Below the pieces are notes generated by a model. It saw nothing but the letters and a program-made list of their open reading frames with translations, was not told where the DNA came from and ran no database searches. Below, piece by piece: positions 60,915-61,120 of a stretch of 61,120 bases of DNA (position 1 is the first letter of the stretch; each line of letters opens with the position of its first letter). The DNA is taken from assembly GCA_038064855.1 (NCBI GenBank), contig JBBTSE010000005.1, forward strand, positions 1-61,120. The letters run 5' to 3'. A program made the translations under genes and the position numbers. This DNA comes from Patescibacteria group bacterium. Its GTDB lineage: Bacteria; Patescibacteriota; Minisyncoccia; Ryanbacterales; GWA2-47-10b.

Positions 60915-61120
60915 AACGAAACATTGTCGGAATTAAGAAAATGGAGCGATTTTGCGGGAGCCAAAATCGCACTATTATTTTTTTCAAAACCCTTTCCGCC
61001 TACGGCGGAAGCGGTGAATTCCCAAAGCTCCCCCCAATGACATGAAAGCGTTTTGTCTTTGAGAATAGGGTTAGAGCCGATTTTTTGGAAAAACTCTTTC
61101 CATGCGAAATAGTTTTCGCC

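Noticed and set aside
1-61120. CRISPR arrays, prophage structural modules, restriction-modification, retron/DGR reverse transcriptases, rRNA genes
   Set aside because: No regularly spaced direct repeats, no RT, capsid, terminase or methyltransferase motifs, and no rRNA-like sequence were seen on either strand.
1-61120. Alternative genetic code (UGA recoding as in some CPR lineages)
   Set aside because: TGA clearly terminates well-defined genes at family-typical lengths: the yebC stop at 21132-21134, overlapped by the ruvC ATG, and the island gene stop at 54319-21. Conserved proteins are full-length under code 11.
60915-61120. Open minus-strand frame running off the right edge and through tRNA-Ala
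   Set aside because: There is no start or stop context inside the window, and the frame continues into the tRNA gene. It cannot be supported from this fragment.

Overview
The window looks like a gene-dense stretch of a small Patescibacteria/CPR-type chromosome. This is inferred from gene content: a T4SS_pilin/PrgI/VirB4/VirB6-like cluster, many single-pass hypothetical proteins and shortened housekeeping proteins. The standard genetic code applies, since TGA is used as a stop. The window spans the replication-origin neighbourhood, with DUF721-dnaN-dnaA on the minus strand diverging from rpmH-rnpA-yidC-jag on the plus strand. It carries many DNA replication and repair genes (ruvA, ruvB, ruvC, uvrB, polA, holA-like, pcrA/uvrD, comM/yifB, xerC-like). 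It also has cell-envelope genes (murE-like, class A PBP, LysM-M23 peptidase), a PilB/GspE ATPase, pnp, rpsO, rpsT, cca and eight tRNA genes.

Five things stand out.
1. An ~11.7 kb minus-strand type IV secretion-like cluster lies at 29062-40782. No coupling protein or relaxase is visible in the window.
2. A GC-rich island lies at ~51.96-55.79 kb between xerC and a tRNA/cca cluster. It encodes two large translationally coupled membrane proteins of unrecognisable family and a divergent pair of small ORFs. All are driven from an internal AT-rich region with near-consensus promoters.
3. Two ORF-free, strongly structured regions sit behind (near-)consensus sigma70 promoters at 18.56-18.84 kb and 50.82-51.03 kb. 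Both are candidate ncRNAs that I could not assign to a family.
4. Several genes have a -10 hexamer 6-7 nt upstream of the ATG and no Shine-Dalgarno (SD) sequence (rpmH, rpsO, the IS1595 transposase). This suggests leaderless mRNAs.
5. Composition is a mosaic: an AT-rich dnaA/dnaN block, and several GC-rich self-contained minigenes.

All homology calls come from reading the translated ORFs and remembered family motifs. No database search was run.
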